Shown piece after piece: positions 62,200-64,000 of a DNA stretch of 64,000 nt (position 1 is the first letter of the stretch; every line of letters starts with the position of its first letter). A model generated the notes under the pieces. The model searched no databases. It had not been told where the DNA came from and was given only the letters and a program-made list of their open reading frames with translations. Source of the DNA: an uncultured Verrucomicrobiae bacterium (GTDB lineage: Bacteria; Verrucomicrobiota; Verrucomicrobiia; Chthoniobacterales; UBA10450); the NCBI GenBank assembly GCA_963815455.1, contig CAWFGO010000001.1, forward strand, positions 1,280,001-1,344,000, read 5' to 3'. The translations under genes and the position numbers were made by a program.

Positions 62200-62480
62200 T
62201 TGCTCGACCGTCTCAGCAGTGGCCCAAGGTTGCGCCGCGTCAGTTGCGAATCTTTGTGCATTTTTTGGCCAGGCTCCTCGTGGCGATAGATCGCCTCTTC
62301 ACCGTCATCTTTAAGTGCGTATCAACCCGCGCGATGCCGAATCTACGTGTGAACCCTCACGATCGCCGTGTCGAGGAGAATGTAGACGGTCTGCCCGAGG
62401 GAAGACCGCAGCTTGCCGTCTCAGGTGGCGAGGGCATCTCAACAATTCAGGTGCCCGCTAAAGCCATTTACCTTTCTACT

Positions 62481-63536
62481 TCAGTTCAGGTCTCCGTCAC
62501 TGCTGCGCGAGGCCCGCGCGACCGCGCCGGTAAAGAATTGCATCGGCAGATGCAATCGCACGCCCCACGCTTTTTCATCGTGCGCGGCGTGTGGGAAACA
62601 TAAGTAAACAAGGTCACGTCCAAACCGCCAGCCTCGGCTGACCAGCGCGAGCGCCATTGCCATGGTCACTTCGTAGTTGTCGTTAGGCCAGCCACTATCG
62701 AGGTAGAATCCTATCTTGCGCTTCGGCTCACTTAGCACCCGCTGAATCAGATCGTCCTTGTAGGAGAAGGTGCTCGACATACAAATGGCGCCGCCAAAGA
62801 TTTCCGGATATTGCCAGGCCGAGTAGAAAGAAACGACCCCGCCTAACGAGGAGCCCCACATTGTGCGGTCGAGCCGGTTCTTGGTCGTCCGCAGGAAAAG
62901 TTGCTCAGCGGGCACAACCTCTTCGACGATCGAGCGCGCATAAGTTTCGTAGCCCGGCTTGGTATACTCCTCTTCGCGCCGCTTGTTTGAGTAAACGCCT
63001 ACGACGACCAGATCTTCGATTGCCTGCATCGCGCGCAGGACGTGACTCGTCTCATCCACATTCCATTCCTGCTGCCGGAATGCTTCCTCCGGAAAGAACA
63101 GGTTCTGCCCGTCCTGCATGTAAGCCAGTGGGTAATGTGCCAGCGTGTTTTCCTCATAACCAGGTGGCAGGTAAACGCGCAGCCGATGGCGTCGCCCAAG
63201 GATGGCTGATTCTATCTCGACTAAAGGCGAGAAGTGGCCGTGCGGATTGCTGAAGAAGTAGGGATAAACAACACGAGCATCATCCGCGGCCATGATCAGT
63301 AAGTTATTAGTTCCTACTGCCCAATGCACCGTGCCGTTCTTAATCAGGCACGGCTTGAAGTTAACAAATGGTCGCTCCGTCTCGACTTCAAAAGTAGCTG
63401 TTCTGCCGTCGCTACTTACTGCGATCGGATGAATGTTACGTTTCCAGTCCAACTCCGTGCGAATGACGAGGGTTCCTGTTCCCGGTGGGTAACAGACGCG
63501 CAGCGTCCGCCTAAAGGTCTTGGTAGTCTGGGTCAT
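62481..63536 (-). CDS. Alpha/beta-hydrolase fold esterase
   Basis: VYLPPGY; YMQDGQNLF; GSSLGG; YLDSG; HDEKAW. Confidence 0.9.
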   Translation of the reverse strand: MTQTTKTFRRTLRVCYPPGTGTLVIRTELDWKRNIHPIAVSSDGRTATFEVETERPFVNFKPCLIKNGTVHWAVGTNNLLIMAADDARVVYPYFFSNPHGHFSPLVEIESAILGRRHRLRVYLPPGYEENTLAHYPLAYMQDGQNLFFPEEAFRQQEWNVDETSHVLRAMQAIEDLVVVGVYSNKRREEEYTKPGYETYARSIVEEVVPAEQLFLRTTKNRLDRTMWGSSLGGVVSFYSAWQYPEIFGGAICMSSTFSYKDDLIQRVLSEPKRKIGFYLDSGWPNDNYEVTMAMALALVSRGWRFGRDLVYLCFPHAAHDEKAWGVRLHLPMQFFTGAVARASRSSDGDLN

Positions 63537-63573
63537 TTCATGATGTCCGGATGGGTATATTGACGCACAACTA

Positions 63574-64000
63574 TCATACCGCTTCCCCGGTGACCAGGCG
63601 ATAAGCGATAAGTGCGACGTAGCCGGCAGTCGTCATGGAGTAAAAGATTGGAAAGATCCACCGGAATTTTGGATACCGCGACAACCTACCTTCGAGCTGG
63701 CCGAGCGCGACAAATTCGGTCATCCCCACCTGCGCGCTCATCGCTTCAATTTTTGCCAGGCATTCTTCCAACTCACTTTTCAACCGCAGGCTGGTCAGCA
63801 ATCCAAAGAGCGAGAATAAACCCATGAAGACAAGCAGCACGATCCGAATCAGGTGGCTGGCCTGAACGTTTTGGACGAGGGTGAGCACGCCAGCGTTGAT
63901 CAGCGAATAAGCGTTCAAAAACGAGATGCGCTCGCTCTTAATGTGGCGCGCGTTTTGCCAGTTCTCCTCAAAGACAGACGCAAAGATTGATGCGTCAGTA
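63574..64000 (-). CDS. Hypothetical membrane protein (5' end beyond window)
   Basis: Frame open to the window end (...FEENWQNARHIKSER...); three hydrophobic segments. Confidence 0.65.
   Translation of the reverse strand, partial: TDASIFASVFEENWQNARHIKSERISFLNAYSLINAGVLTLVQNVQASHLIRIVLLVFMGLFSLFGLLTSLRLKSELEECLAKIEAMSAQVGMTEFVALGQLEGRLSRYPKFRWIFPIFYSMTTAGYVALIAYRLVTGEAV

Noticed and set aside
1..64000. CRISPR array, rRNA, tRNA, transposase or integrase
   Set aside because: Repeats are dispersed palindromes, not regularly spaced direct repeats. I recognised no RNA-gene or mobility-protein motifs by eye.

Overview
Bacterial chromosomal segment, GC-rich and gene-dense. Gene content, protein families and repeat families suggest a soil Verrucomicrobium (Chthoniobacterales/Spartobacteria-like); this assignment is inference. 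Scattered single-base frameshifts point to an imperfectly polished long-read assembly. Left end: two paralogous large secreted-protein genes (one cut by the window edge) around a HisKA_3/NarL two-component pair. They share a conserved ~130-nt promoter/leader. Middle: housekeeping genes (NtrC-like regulator, glmM, scpB, lemA-TPM, stand-alone rpoA-rplQ, DEAD-box helicase, NSS transporter plus an unlisted 43-aa small subunit, rfaE2-purN, gpsA-plsY-mnmG-cdd, metF, Fpg/Nei, trxB), with a parS-like site inside mnmG. A DUF2064/epimerase/MgtE/GT2/molybdopterin-oxidoreductase cluster follows. Right part: a YVTN propeller and two tandem PQQ-type propeller genes with dockerin-like tails converge on a complete pqqABCDE operon. 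pqqA is a 29-aa ORF missing from the ORF track, and pqqB begins with ATT in frame with the pqqA stop. Next come a LysR gene whose operator is duplicated in front of an NDH-2 gene, and an HdeD/PPK2/hydrolase/HlyD-RbbA-YhhJ block. Many REP-like palindromes of several families occur, some inside coding sequences. No rRNA, tRNA, CRISPR array, transposase or integrase was recognised.
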